A DNA stretch of 63,668 nt, the filler included, from Xylographa opegraphella (taxonomy: Eukaryota): NCBI GenBank assembly GCA_022813865.1. It is 3 parts of 3 records of this genome, joined end to end, with 100 filler letters (N's around TTAATTAATTAA, not from the genome) between each part and the next. Parts side by side here need not be neighbours in the genome. Positions count along the whole stretch, not along the records: positions 22,299 to 44,029 come from JALDZX010000134.1; 2 more parts are not named here. One strand, 5' to 3'. The notes below the pieces were generated by a model. It made no database searches and had not been told where the DNA came from. It saw only the letters and a program-made list of their open reading frames with translations. Positions 28,309 through 39,582 of this stretch are shown in pieces. The number at the start of each line of letters is the position of its first letter. Position 1 is the stretch's first letter. A program made the position numbers and the translations under genes.

Positions 28309-30730
28309 ATGACGGAAAAAGAGAGAGCACAAGAGACCGCAGGCCTGAATAGAAATGGAAAAACACCACTACCTCTGTTTGCTGCTTCCCATCTGCCGGA
28401 ACCAAAGAAAGGTGCCTCTCGCGACTCTCCTGGAGTTTCACTTGAACCCACAGCCACTGGACGTTTGACATCAGCTCTTCTTATATGTCGCAACAAGTAA
28501 GCATGGCCAAGTCCACAGTACGACTCAAGTATGAAACACATGGACAAGTTGACTCTGCTCCAGGCATTGGCGCTATATCTCCTCATTCCATGGACCGTGG
28601 CTTCAATTACCTCCAGAGGTACTCGAATCCCTCGCTTACAGTAATTATCTTTCTCCGCGCCCTCACCCCATCGACCCGGCTGTTTTCTTTGATCTGGTCA
28701 AGATTCGTCGACTTGTGGAGGAAGCGACCAATCTAGCGGTCCGCGCTACCAACGGGACGACATCGTCTGCCTTGAGCGCCTCTCTGAACGCAGCCAATGG
28801 CCCATTTGGTGGCGGAGGGGCGGCTGCACTAGGTCTTGGGATAGTAGGGAGCAGCGGAAACGCAAGACTGAGCAAGGAGCGGAAATACCGTATGCGAGAA
28901 TTAGCAACCCAGAAGTTGTCAGAAGCGTACAATCTAGATGAGATTGCGACGAGCGTAGCCACCATGCAGTCCGCGTCTCCGCTGGAGGATGTTGCTAAAA
29001 TGGCGCTCCAAAGAGATAAAAACAATGTCGATGCTAAATATGTACATTTCTTTCATGAAAAAATCCCCTCAAGAATGCTAGCCCAATGTACAAGCTTGGC
29101 ATCCTTGGACGACATTATACGCGATAGACCAGGTGAAGCGGCGTTCTTACGAACGAGAGCCGTAACGAGGATTTTCAAGACCGACTTTCCCGGCGCTATT
29201 GGGGATCTGACGGAGGCATTGACGCTATGCCGGCTTTCCAAGTCCCAGCATAGAAGCGCACGGGGTCAATTACAACTGACAAATGGTTCGGGAGGGGCAG
29301 AAAGAAAGCATGATACTAGTGGTGGCCTCAGCTACGAGGTAGATACAGGCCGGACAGATCGACTTACCAGTCTCCCAACTAGCCTCGAGCCACAATTATT
29401 GTTTCATCGTGCTGGTGTTTACCTAAATCGAGCATGTCAGTACATTAATGAGGCCCTAAATGGCTTGGGCACGAAAACATCACCCACAACGAAGGACAAT
29501 ATTGGCTCAGCAGATCCTTTGAACACAACCAAATCAGGAATTGATTCAAACAAGCTACGCGATAATGCTCGAAAATTGGTCAAAGCGTATGCCAAACGCG
29601 CACTTCGTGACTATATAGGATTCTTATCGTCATTTGAGTATACCCCTGGACTGCCACTAGGATTTGCAGAAGAGTTCCGTCGAAAAGTTGATTTATCTGC
29701 TGAAAGAGGAAGTCTTACAGCGTCGTTTCATGGGAGCCGGCTGCTCCAAATGCCCGGGAACTCGAGTCTTAGCAACGGCACATTTTCGGAAATGGCATTA
29801 AGACCAGAACTTAAGGGCGAAAGACATCATCATGGCTGTACCAGTAAATTTAAGCATGATGCTTGTCAGTCCCTGCCGGTTCCTGATATCCACCAAGTCG
29901 CAAATCTTTTCTCATCTGCTCCACCCAATAACATCCCACCGTATCCGGTTACCTTACAATCTCTGGTACCAAGGCAGCAAATTGGCCCCTCTACAACAAG
30001 CGAAATGAGCAAGAGGTTCCTTGCTGGACCAATGTACCAAGAAGCAGTCACATATCATCCTTTGCTGACTGACGCCCTGCACTCTGTTCTGCTATGTCAC
30101 TCACTGATGCAGACATCTGCAAAGGAGCATTTGCGTCACGCATATATGGTGGCACGGCTAGCGCGTGTGTGTGATGGCTATCCGATTTTTTTAGCTGCAC
30201 GCTCACCTAGTCGGGCAGACTGGATCGAGGTCATTCAGCGTGCCAACAACTGGTTAGACCTACAGCAATCTTGGGAAAATTTATGTGCCCCTGCTCCTCT
30301 ACCAGGTCAGACTACTTTCGCTAAACGGAAACCGGAAAAGGTGAGCAGGGAACGACAGAGGCAAGAGGTTAGAATTGAAACACTTGCAGATGACCGTGTG
30401 CATGACGTTGTAAATAATCAGGCCGCTGTAGCTGACCGGGAAAGATTAGCCGAGGAGCCCAAGTCTGAACAGCAGAGACCTAGCGTTGATGGACCACAGA
30501 GATGGGCCCAAAGTGATGGAAAGGAGTACCCTGTTAGCACTGAGCGAGCTGAAGCCATTGCCAGGTGGGTCAGGGAAGCGCCTTCTGGTGTGGAGGTAAG
30601 ACGAGCGTTCAAGCGGAACGGAAAGGAAGCCCCAGCCACTCAGCCATTAGGTTTGATGGATTTTGAGGCCCTTCCGCCACAAAGAGCCGAAGGATCGAAT
30701 GAAGTTGCGATTCGCCTAGTAAATAGTTGA
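28309..30730 (+). CDS. Conserved ascomycete hypothetical protein with TPR-like helices (family often auto-labelled 'histidine kinase group protein')
   Basis: Exons 28309-28496 and 28564-30730 (GTAAGC...CAG). Splicing restores ICRNK|HWRYISSFHGPWLQLPPE, which I recognise as a conserved fungal motif, in frame with the 671-aa ORF. Confidence 0.8.
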
Positions 30731-31148
30731 GCTGGCCACTAGTTGACCAGGAAGTTCTCCTTAATGCATAGTGTTAGAGTAACTACCTCAGTGGATAATG
30801 AGGTGCTGTTATTCATTTGGCATGCAATGTAAGTAAGTGCAAGTTGGGATATTTAATTTTTAACCATAAAATTTTATTTTAAGGATCTTTGTCACGTTTT
30901 TTACTATTATTGTTGATTTTGATTCGAGTAATGCAAACGATAAAAGTTTCAAGTGGGCAAATCAAACCATTTCTGGTGTTCGTCACGTAACAGCCACATT
31001 ATAGACTGTAAAGGTAGCAAAAGGTCTGAACTGTGAAGAAGGCGTTATTGGGGTTCTCATTCAATCGTAGTGCTTTAGGATACTGGCAGAGACTATCTGC
31101 ATAAAACTGATATTGAACGCACAAAATACTCTATCTTAAAAACAGTGG

Positions 31149-33154
31149 TCAAAGAGATTCATAGCTCCTTGCAATACTCACGTGATACCAGTCCGGAACA
31201 ACACCTCCAATTGCATGCTCATATTGTGGACGATTGAAAGCCAACTCATTTGCCTGAAGCATGTCAGGTGAATAGTGATGCTGCCGCTTCGAGTACAGCC
31301 GCTTTACCGTGCTAGCGGATTCAGTCTTGAACGTGCTGTAATGCAGCGGATTACCGAAACGAGTCTCAAGCGCATTTAAAATTTGATCGATCCGACTGAT
31401 GGTTTTTACGGCCTCGTCGATTGTCTCTGTGAATCCCCTGCGTCGAAGAATTGGAGGCGCGACAGAGCCTGCAGAAAGCGGAGGCGGGGGGGGATCTAAT
31501 GTATTGTATATAGCTGTAGGTGAATCCGCCAATATATTCAAGAGTGCTTCTCCCACCCATCGCGAACGCAAGATGTCTAAGTTTGTACAGTGATTATAAT
31601 TGTGGGAGGCATCGCACATGCGGAGAGTCACCTCTGAGTATCTCACAGCGTTGTCAAAGAGTACAGCTTTCCCATACGAACATAGTAAACCGGCATTTTG
31701 TGGTGGGGATAGAACGAGAATGTTGCTGAAAAAAATCTCTGAGAGGAACAAGTGCTTCAACGGAATGGGCGTCGAGTTTGATAAAGCTCTTGCCCAGCTT
31801 TGCATTGCATTTATGGCACTGGACCGATTTTGCCAAGGCTCTATCAAATCCTCGCGGCTGGATTGGAAAGCCTGCTGAAACCAGATTGATTGTATTTGTC
31901 GCAATTTGAGTAGCTGAGCAGCCGAGGTACCCGAAGTGCTGCTAAGATCTTCTGCTGGATTTTCGTTCCAGCCAACAAATGACGGATGGGCAGCAGGGTT
32001 TGGAACCACAGCCACGTTTGCTGAATCGTCACTGAAGGAGAAGGCTCTCACATATGCAAGGCTTATGGCCCTGAATTTGTTTAACACAGGCTAGCATGAG
32101 TGTCACGGACACTCACCTGTCAAGAGTATAGACGCAGTAGAATATGCGACGTCTAAGCATAAGATGGGAAATTTTCACACGCAGTTCCTCTCCCGGGTCT
32201 TGGTGAAGTCCAAGATCCGCCATGACACGAGAGGCCACACCGATCAAGTACCAACTATTGAAATGAGTGGGATCAAGTAGCGAATACAGGACCAGAAGAA
32301 GGATTGCCCGTAAGCTAGCAATAGAGCCTGGTAAAAGAACAGCTTCGGCGTCTTCGAGGGCACTACTAGCGTGACGGATTGCATCTTGGTACTCAAGGTC
32401 GCCTTTGGAACGGGAACGAGACATCAAAGCTATAGCAAAAGTGAGTCGAACGTCCCAACGCTGCGATGCTGTGGTGTAGCCCCTTTGTTGATAAACTGCA
32501 TCTAAGGATCCGAAAATAGCTGTATCTGTCAAGACTGGATACAATGTGAACATCTCTTGGAGACATCGTTGCACCAATCCGCGCCCTAAATCTCGAGGTG
32601 GAAGCGCAGTGCTGGAGAAGCGGGGCATTTCCTCCACCGATGATGTCGAAAGCACCAGTCTGGCAAAAGACATTTCCTTGGTAAAGCCATGAAAGTCTCT
32701 TGCCGTTGCGTTAACCGCCCTGCATGAAGACAACTTAACCCTGTTCCAGGTGTCTTAGATAGTCTCGTGCTCACAGAAAACCAAAATCAGCCACAAGGTC
32801 ATCGACATCTGACGCTTCTTTACGTTGAATGTTTCGACGACCACCTAGGCTCATAGTCCTAGTCACAGCAGCTTGTGCAGCGCCAACGTCGAACATAGTT
32901 GTTGAGTTCTTGCGCCGTTGCTTACTGTGCGCGATTTGCTTTTCGAGTCTCTCGATACGTGACTCCAGAGAGGCAACATAACTTCGCTCTTTGCCCTTGG
33001 CAAATTGGTCGTTCGCACTGGAACACTCTGCAGCCCGATTGGACCTCTCGCAAGCCGTGCACGCTGGTAGCTTGCCGTCACATTTAGTCTTTGCATTACG
33101 ACACCTGGAGCATGCAGAAACAGGTCTGCTGACGCGCAGAAGCGGGGGCTCCAT
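31149..33154 (-). CDS. Zn(II)2Cys6 transcription factor with fungal-specific TF domain (Stb5/Ppr1-like)
   Basis: Exons 33154-32775, 32719-32117, 32070-31149; CSRCRNAKTKCDGKLPACTACERSNRAAEC cluster; middle homology region LGLH...RRRIFYCVYTLDR. Confidence 0.9.
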
Positions 33155-33928
33155 ATCTCTGGATAGTCCTCACTGCATTGAAGGAGATCAGTACGTTTCT
33201 ATGCTAGGTGAAGCAGAGCACGGGAACCATCAGAAGAGTATGTTAGACCCAAGGCCCGCCGAACTCGCCTCCAAGTCCTATTCTCACCACTGCCGTAATG
33301 CTTTCGAATTGTGGTGTTTGTTGGTCGCAAGTGCTTGTAAGGTATTGGTTCAAAGTTGTGGTTCGTTGCCGACGTCGCGGAACGAAGATCTGTGCCTGTT
33401 CAATCAGTCGGATACGCAGCAGAGAAGACAGCAGGTAGCAAGCGGGACCTGATGCGAGGAGCGGCGAGTCCTAATAGACACATGGTATACCCTTTAACAC
33501 AAGAAAAGGCGTGATGGTGAATATGCCAGAAGAGGCAAATCCTTGGCGTTTTCGAAGAAACCCCCGCTAGACTAGCATTATGGTTTGGTAAGGCGAAGGC
33601 GGGCCGAGGGCGAACAAATTACCTTATATTGTCATACCTCTTAAGTACTTCCTTACCTACCAGGCGATACCTTGTGGTTGTACAGTCCGTTAGCCAGCCC
33701 TAGAATGCATACCCTGAACCCCCCCCGCTCTTCGTAAGGTAGCTCCCTCAAACGTTCGCTTTCTACTAACATAAATCCTCACCAACTCCATCATGCTGAT
33801 CTTGCGATCAATTTGTCTTTTGTAGGACACAATTTCCCATAAACCACTCGATCGCGAGTCCGGAAATCATGCCACGCATATATCACGAGACTATGATATA
33901 GATAAAGAAGTCTAAGTTCATTACACCA

Positions 33929-36520
33929 ATGGACCAATCTAGGACACCGCCGCGACAATCAAGAATATCAAAAAAAGGGAGAAACGCGGACGATAGATCG
34001 GACGAAAGATCTGACGAACCCCGTGGGAGCAAGGTCGCCCATACCTTGACTGCTTGTTGTCGTTGCCGTCATGTAGGTTCTGCCCGATCTGCTGCTTATT
34101 TCTGGAACATCACAGCACTTTCGAACCATTGATGCCTCTGCTGACAGTCATTACTATAGAGGAAAACTCGTTGTGATGCCGGGCTTCCGCGTTGTGAGCC
34201 TTGTGAAAGAAGCAACTCTGTCTGCGAATATTTCGATTCGGCAAAAGGCAAGAAGATTTCTCGAAGCTATGTAATACACCTTCAGAACAGAGTTCTGGAG
34301 CTCGAGCAAGAACTACAGCAGGCTTTAGACGAACCGGACATACCCATAGATGCCGAGGCGTTGATGCGTGGGGCAGGTCTGGTGAAATTTCAGGACGACG
34401 AGGAGTCCAGATACCTGGGGCCATCTAGTGGCATTGCTATGACACGATTGGTTATGGAACTTGCCAAACAGAACTCAAGCACCAATAGCATTAAGGAAAT
34501 TGTGCCGGAAACTAAAGCGCAAGAGATAAAGGATCGTTTCGCCAGAGAAAGTTCGAAACCAACTTCCAAAGTGTACCCGCTCATCAGTTCCGTAGCAGCT
34601 CCGAGTCTACCAACAAAAGAATTGACGGAGACGTTAGTCGAGAACTACAACAAGAAGGGTATGTTTGGACCAGCTCCAGAAAGCGCTGGCGAAGTCACTG
34701 ACGTCCTATTAGCACAATATCTACTTCCAGTACTTCACGAACCTTCATTCCATGAAGTGGTTCTCCGCGTATTCCAAGGATCAACCGATGCGTATGAGAA
34801 TTTTACTCTTCGTATGGTCATTGCAATAAGCATGCAGAAGCTTGATACCCAGTATGCTGGCCTCGCTGATAGCTACTACCTTGCCGCGTTACCCTTTCTC
34901 GAAGATACCATTCGGCCAATGAATCTGGGGACTTTGCAGTGTTTTGCACTCATTGCGCAATATTCAATGGTGACCCCTACCCGGACAGCTTCTCTGTGGG
35001 TTGTTGGTCTGGCTGTCAGACTGTGTCAGAATTTGGGGATTACTGACGAATCTACGATAGCATTGGGCATCGATGGACTTCCCTTGGATGCTTTGGAAGT
35101 CGATCTACGTCGCAGATTGTTTTGGATTATCATTTCATTTGAATTTGGACTTGCTCACAGCTTAGGGAGACCTAGTGCTTGGGCCGTGACACATGACCAC
35201 ATTAACGTGCATTTTTTCTGGCCAGTTGATGATCGTATGATTTCACGTTCTGGCATAGTTTCAGGAAGTCTACCTTCTATGAAGAAGAGAATTGCAATTC
35301 ATTTTTTCAAAATGAGACTATTCCAGTCTGAGATCCGCCACAAGCTCTATCTGAAGAAGAGACCATTTCCAAAGAACGACCAAGACCCTTGGTTTACACA
35401 GATGGAGGCTAAACTAAATGACTGGGTATCGTCAAGTCCTAAGGACGACGAAGGTAGCGGGCTGAGTGAGATTTGGTATGTCACTGCCTGTGCCCACGTA
35501 GCATTCGATGATTGCCGACAATCTATGCATGAAAACAGAATAACTGAGGTTATATATAGGTTCAAAGTCAGAAACAATACGATGATCGTTTTCTTGTATC
35601 GCCCGTCTCCTCAGGTGCCGGAGCCATCTGTAGAAGCGGCGGAAAAGTGCTTTGAAGCTTCGAAATTCAATATCTATGTACAGAGGAAGCAGATTAGTAC
35701 CAAATCTGTCGACTTAACCTGGATCTTTACGCAGTCATTATTCATGGCTCTTAATACACTACTGTGGGCATTATCATATCCCGAAATACGAAAAGCTCAC
35801 TCCAAATCAGAGGTTGAAAATCACTTACAGACCGCACAAGAAGCCGTTTTTTTGGCCTCGGAACGGTGGCCAGGTGTGGAGTCAGCGCTTGAGCTTTATG
35901 ACAGTCTAATTCATGCATGCCTGAAGGCATACGACGGCAACAGCAACGCATCCTATGTGATTAGCTCACCATCCAACCAAGTAGCCACTGCATCGCATTC
36001 CGATATCACTACTCCCCCGGCCTTGTCATCTCCTTCTACAGTCCATAGCTCTTTATCATCTGGACACGATCAATCTTCTCCGTTCAGCTTTGCTGGTGTT
36101 TCAGATCGACAACAGCAAATTCATAATCTCGCTTCGCCACAAGCCCTACCTGCGGTTGGTATTATGCCTTCACAATCAATATATCTTCCAAGCGCTGCAT
36201 TTGCAGAGGTTGCTGAGTTCGATCCAAGATCGTACAACAACCGTTTACCTACCCCACTTAACCATGGGTTCAGCCTGCCTACGATGCAGGAGCACCTCCA
36301 AACTCCATTTCATGATCAAAATTTCTATCTTGGTTCTATTGGTGACCAGTATGCGCAATATCTGCAGTCACAATATGCTCCACAAGAGACGTTAGACAGC
36401 TTGGATCTCGAGCAGCAATCAGAGCTGATGAACACTCTTGAACGAGACCGACTGGCTGGTATATTTGATCAAATGCCACCCACTCCAAATTTTGTCAACG
36501 GATTGAGTTACGCAGGATGA
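33929..36520 (+). CDS. Zn(II)2Cys6 transcription factor, Ppr1/UaY-like family
   Basis: Exons 33929-34072, 34160-34658, 34713-35475, 35560-36520; spliced cluster CCRCRH|RKTRCDAGLPRCEPCERSNSVC; RRRLFW...SLGRP motif. Confidence 0.9.
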
Positions 36521-37223
36521 TTCCAGGCTGGTCCACTATCTTGTAACAGGAATCATGCAGAAGAGCCGTAGCCCTGTATCATTCCTAGCGAGAAGTTTCA
36601 AAGACATTATGATGTGCTTGGAATGGGAAGCCCAAACAGTAGTGTCCCGGCAACGAAGAGTATCAAAAGCAGAGCGTTCAGTCGGAGGGTAGCCGAGAAC
36701 GCAAAATTGGTTTACAGATTATCGTCGGGTATTCCCGTAATGATAATCCTGGGATACTGCGACCAGGGTAATCTTTCCAGCATACTGCCGGGCAGGAACA
36801 ACGGGTTGGTAAGCCGAATCGATCAGCCAAATCAACGATCGAGCAACTCGTTCTTCATTGCGGTCTAGGTGAGACATCCGGGTTGTATTCCATACATAGT
36901 GCTGATTCTTTTCAAGTGCTACGTTGGAACTTACGAGATTTGTATGCTTTCTCTATTAGCCCTAACGCGATGCTTACGATCGTGCGTTATGTCATGGCTC
37001 AGACTTGCCTTTACCACTTCATAGTCCTATCGTCAACTATAAATAAGATCATGCCGCTCACACTGGTCAGGTTTCGTAGGCCTGTGCCTTAGAAACTCAT
37101 TCGCGGTTGAGGAAGCATCTAATCCGATTCAAGGTTGCGATGTTGCGACTCAGCAGTATCTGATGAACCAGCTTTCCTTGCTTGGTCCAGTCATCATTGC
37201 CACGCCAGTCTGACATTGAAGAG

Positions 37224-39110
37224 TCATGATGTGACAGTGTCAAGTGTCTGCGTTCCGCTATTTCTGCCCTCTACCATCTTTGCTGTTCTTGATCCGAATT
37301 GGATTGCCCTCTTCTTCTCCCTTGCAGCGCCAGACATACCCAGTTTCCATGCCAATAATCTGAGAATATGCTTGTCGGGCTCCAGCATTGGATGATCGTC
37401 TATCGTTTCTCCTTTCATTGATGACTTTCGTCCAAAGTTACACTTCTCATGCAAAGGCCGCTCAAAAGCCCAGTTGACTACATTTTCGTCAAGATATGGA
37501 TATCGTACCTCTTTTCCCCAATGGGAGATAACTCGATCGTCCCGACCAAGATTGCGCTTCCCAAGTCTCTGGAAATCCAGTTCGAGCTCATCTAGAATGC
37601 CGCCATGACCTTTACGTGCGAATGCTTTTGCGTGCCGTGAATAGCCCCCGAATAATTCGTCGGCACCAAGACCGGATATGAGGATACGAGCTGGGGTGGT
37701 ATACTTCGTCGAACACTTCTTTACTGGATCGTATACATGCCCAATACCACGAGCGGCAAAGTAGAGGGCACAAGCAATCGATAGATCCATCTCGGTATCG
37801 TGGGGATGGATCAATGAAACGATTTGGTTTCGGTGTGCCAAAGTCTCAAAATACGGAATATCGACCGAGATAAAACGCCAGGTGCGACCGGGACAGATTT
37901 TAAGAAGTTCAGCGCAACTGGAATAACCTGTAAGTCGATCAGGGCATTTGCTGTAGGATGAAGCGATAGAAACGGCATTCTGTTCTTTCTGCGCCGCCAA
38001 AGCATTTGCAGCGGCTATGACACGAGGGTTCTCGAATGCCACGTTGATAAGATCGATTGAGACATTTAGGGGAAGGATATCATGCACGAGCCTAGCCATA
38101 AGAGTACAGTCCAGGCCTCCGGAAAATAATATTGCCAAATGATCCTGAGAAGTATATGTTGACGAGAGCGTTATATTCTGCATTCGAAGGACTAGTGAAG
38201 CACGAAGTTGGCTATGTAGACTATTTACAGCCTCAGACTGAAGTTCAAGTCCTCGAAAATCCACAGGTGGCATTTCTCGATTGATAGTAGAAATATGGGT
38301 CTTGGAACTGACATCCCTCATATCTTGTTTTAAAGGTACGACCTTGGTAGAACCGGGAGACAGCAATTCAATCCTGTTGTGCTTGATTGCTGACCACGGG
38401 ATGAAGTCAACAGATGGGAGACCCTCTAAGGCAAGTGGTGCTTTGTGACAGGTACGTTTAGCCGGTGAAAGAGCCGTAGATAAACTGATGATCTGAATAC
38501 CATATGCTTCGACTTCCGCCAAAGATTCAGAAGCCGCCCAATCAGATATGCTAGAGATCATAAATTCATAAGGTGAACTACGCCAATGTAACAAAGACCG
38601 ACGTCCTATCACATCCCGTCCATAAAACAGTTGCTGGGACGGTGCATCGTAGAAGACAAACGAAAATGGCCCGGAAAGCCCAGCAATTGTCCCGAACACT
38701 GCCTGAACACGAGATTCACGTTCACCAGGCTGCATTTCCCGTCCAGTGGAGAAGGTTTCCGTCGAATTGAGAAGTGCATGGAATACTGCCTGAGCATCGT
38801 TACCAGTGATGGGTTCTTTACCTAAACTCCATGCTTCTCCGTTCCAGCAAAGCAACGAGCCTGAATCCTTGTCAACTAGGGGCTGCTCAACAATAGCATT
38901 TCCCCGTAACGATAATACTGTGGAGACAAAGACTAAATGAAGGGTTTGAACCGGACTGTTTTGCGCCACCAGTTCTGTGGTGTTAATGCTTTGATATTCT
39001 CGCTGAACGGCCTTAACACTATCTGGGCCCCTTCGTTTAAGATGGTCGAGCAGACGCTCACTTGGAAAGATAGGTTTAATAGTAGAACATGAGAAAAAGA
39101 TGCCGCACAT
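37224..39110 (-). CDS. ASNSD1: Asparagine synthetase domain-containing protein (ASNSD1/YML096W-like)
   Basis: MCGIF Ntn start, RRGPD, WNGE, LFSGGLDC, GLGADELFGGY, RNLGRDDR, KKRAIQFGSR. A short in-frame intron near 38300 is possible. Confidence 0.9.
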   Translation of the reverse strand: MCGIFFSCSTIKPIFPSERLLDHLKRRGPDSVKAVQREYQSINTTELVAQNSPVQTLHLVFVSTVLSLRGNAIVEQPLVDKDSGSLLCWNGEAWSLGKEPITGNDAQAVFHALLNSTETFSTGREMQPGERESRVQAVFGTIAGLSGPFSFVFYDAPSQQLFYGRDVIGRRSLLHWRSSPYEFMISSISDWAASESLAEVEAYGIQIISLSTALSPAKRTCHKAPLALEGLPSVDFIPWSAIKHNRIELLSPGSTKVVPLKQDMRDVSSKTHISTINREMPPVDFRGLELQSEAVNSLHSQLRASLVLRMQNITLSSTYTSQDHLAILFSGGLDCTLMARLVHDILPLNVSIDLINVAFENPRVIAAANALAAQKEQNAVSIASSYSKCPDRLTGYSSCAELLKICPGRTWRFISVDIPYFETLAHRNQIVSLIHPHDTEMDLSIACALYFAARGIGHVYDPVKKCSTKYTTPARILISGLGADELFGGYSRHAKAFARKGHGGILDELELDFQRLGKRNLGRDDRVISHWGKEVRYPYLDENVVNWAFERPLHEKCNFGRKSSMKGETIDDHPMLEPDKHILRLLAWKLGMSGAAREKKRAIQFGSRTAKMVEGRNSGTQTLDTVTS

Positions 39111-39582
39111 TGTCGGAACAGGGGATCTGTCCTTTATATAGGGAGGTTATTACGCGTCGGTTTCCCACAGACGCAAAGAATTGACGATACATACAGCTTA
39201 ATACCAGCCAATTTTCCATTGATGAACAAAATTAATTTAACATAATATAGGCCTTCAATGATGTTAGACACATTTTTGAGGACGGCAATAGTAATTACAG
39301 AATGAAACGGAAGAAAGCCACAACTACAAGCGCCGCAAGCGCCATGATCCCAAGCGCCATGTCAATCTTTACCTATCTCGGTCTTCAACATATCATTTGT
39401 TACTTATTTTGAGTAAATGGCTAACCGTGTCTTTGCAACCCACTGACAGCTCCAAGTGCTGACAATCTACCTGCGCTGTGTGCGTAGCGTATCGTTTTGA
39501 ACTATCTCGGCCTTCTTCGAACTTCACCGTCCTTTCAAGTCCGTCGAATTCTAGCTCTGCATTCAATGCAAGTCGTCAGCTT

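Noticed and set aside
30846..30950. Small AT-rich patch between convergent genes
   Set aside because: No termini or second copy seen; compatible with ordinary 3' end/terminator DNA.
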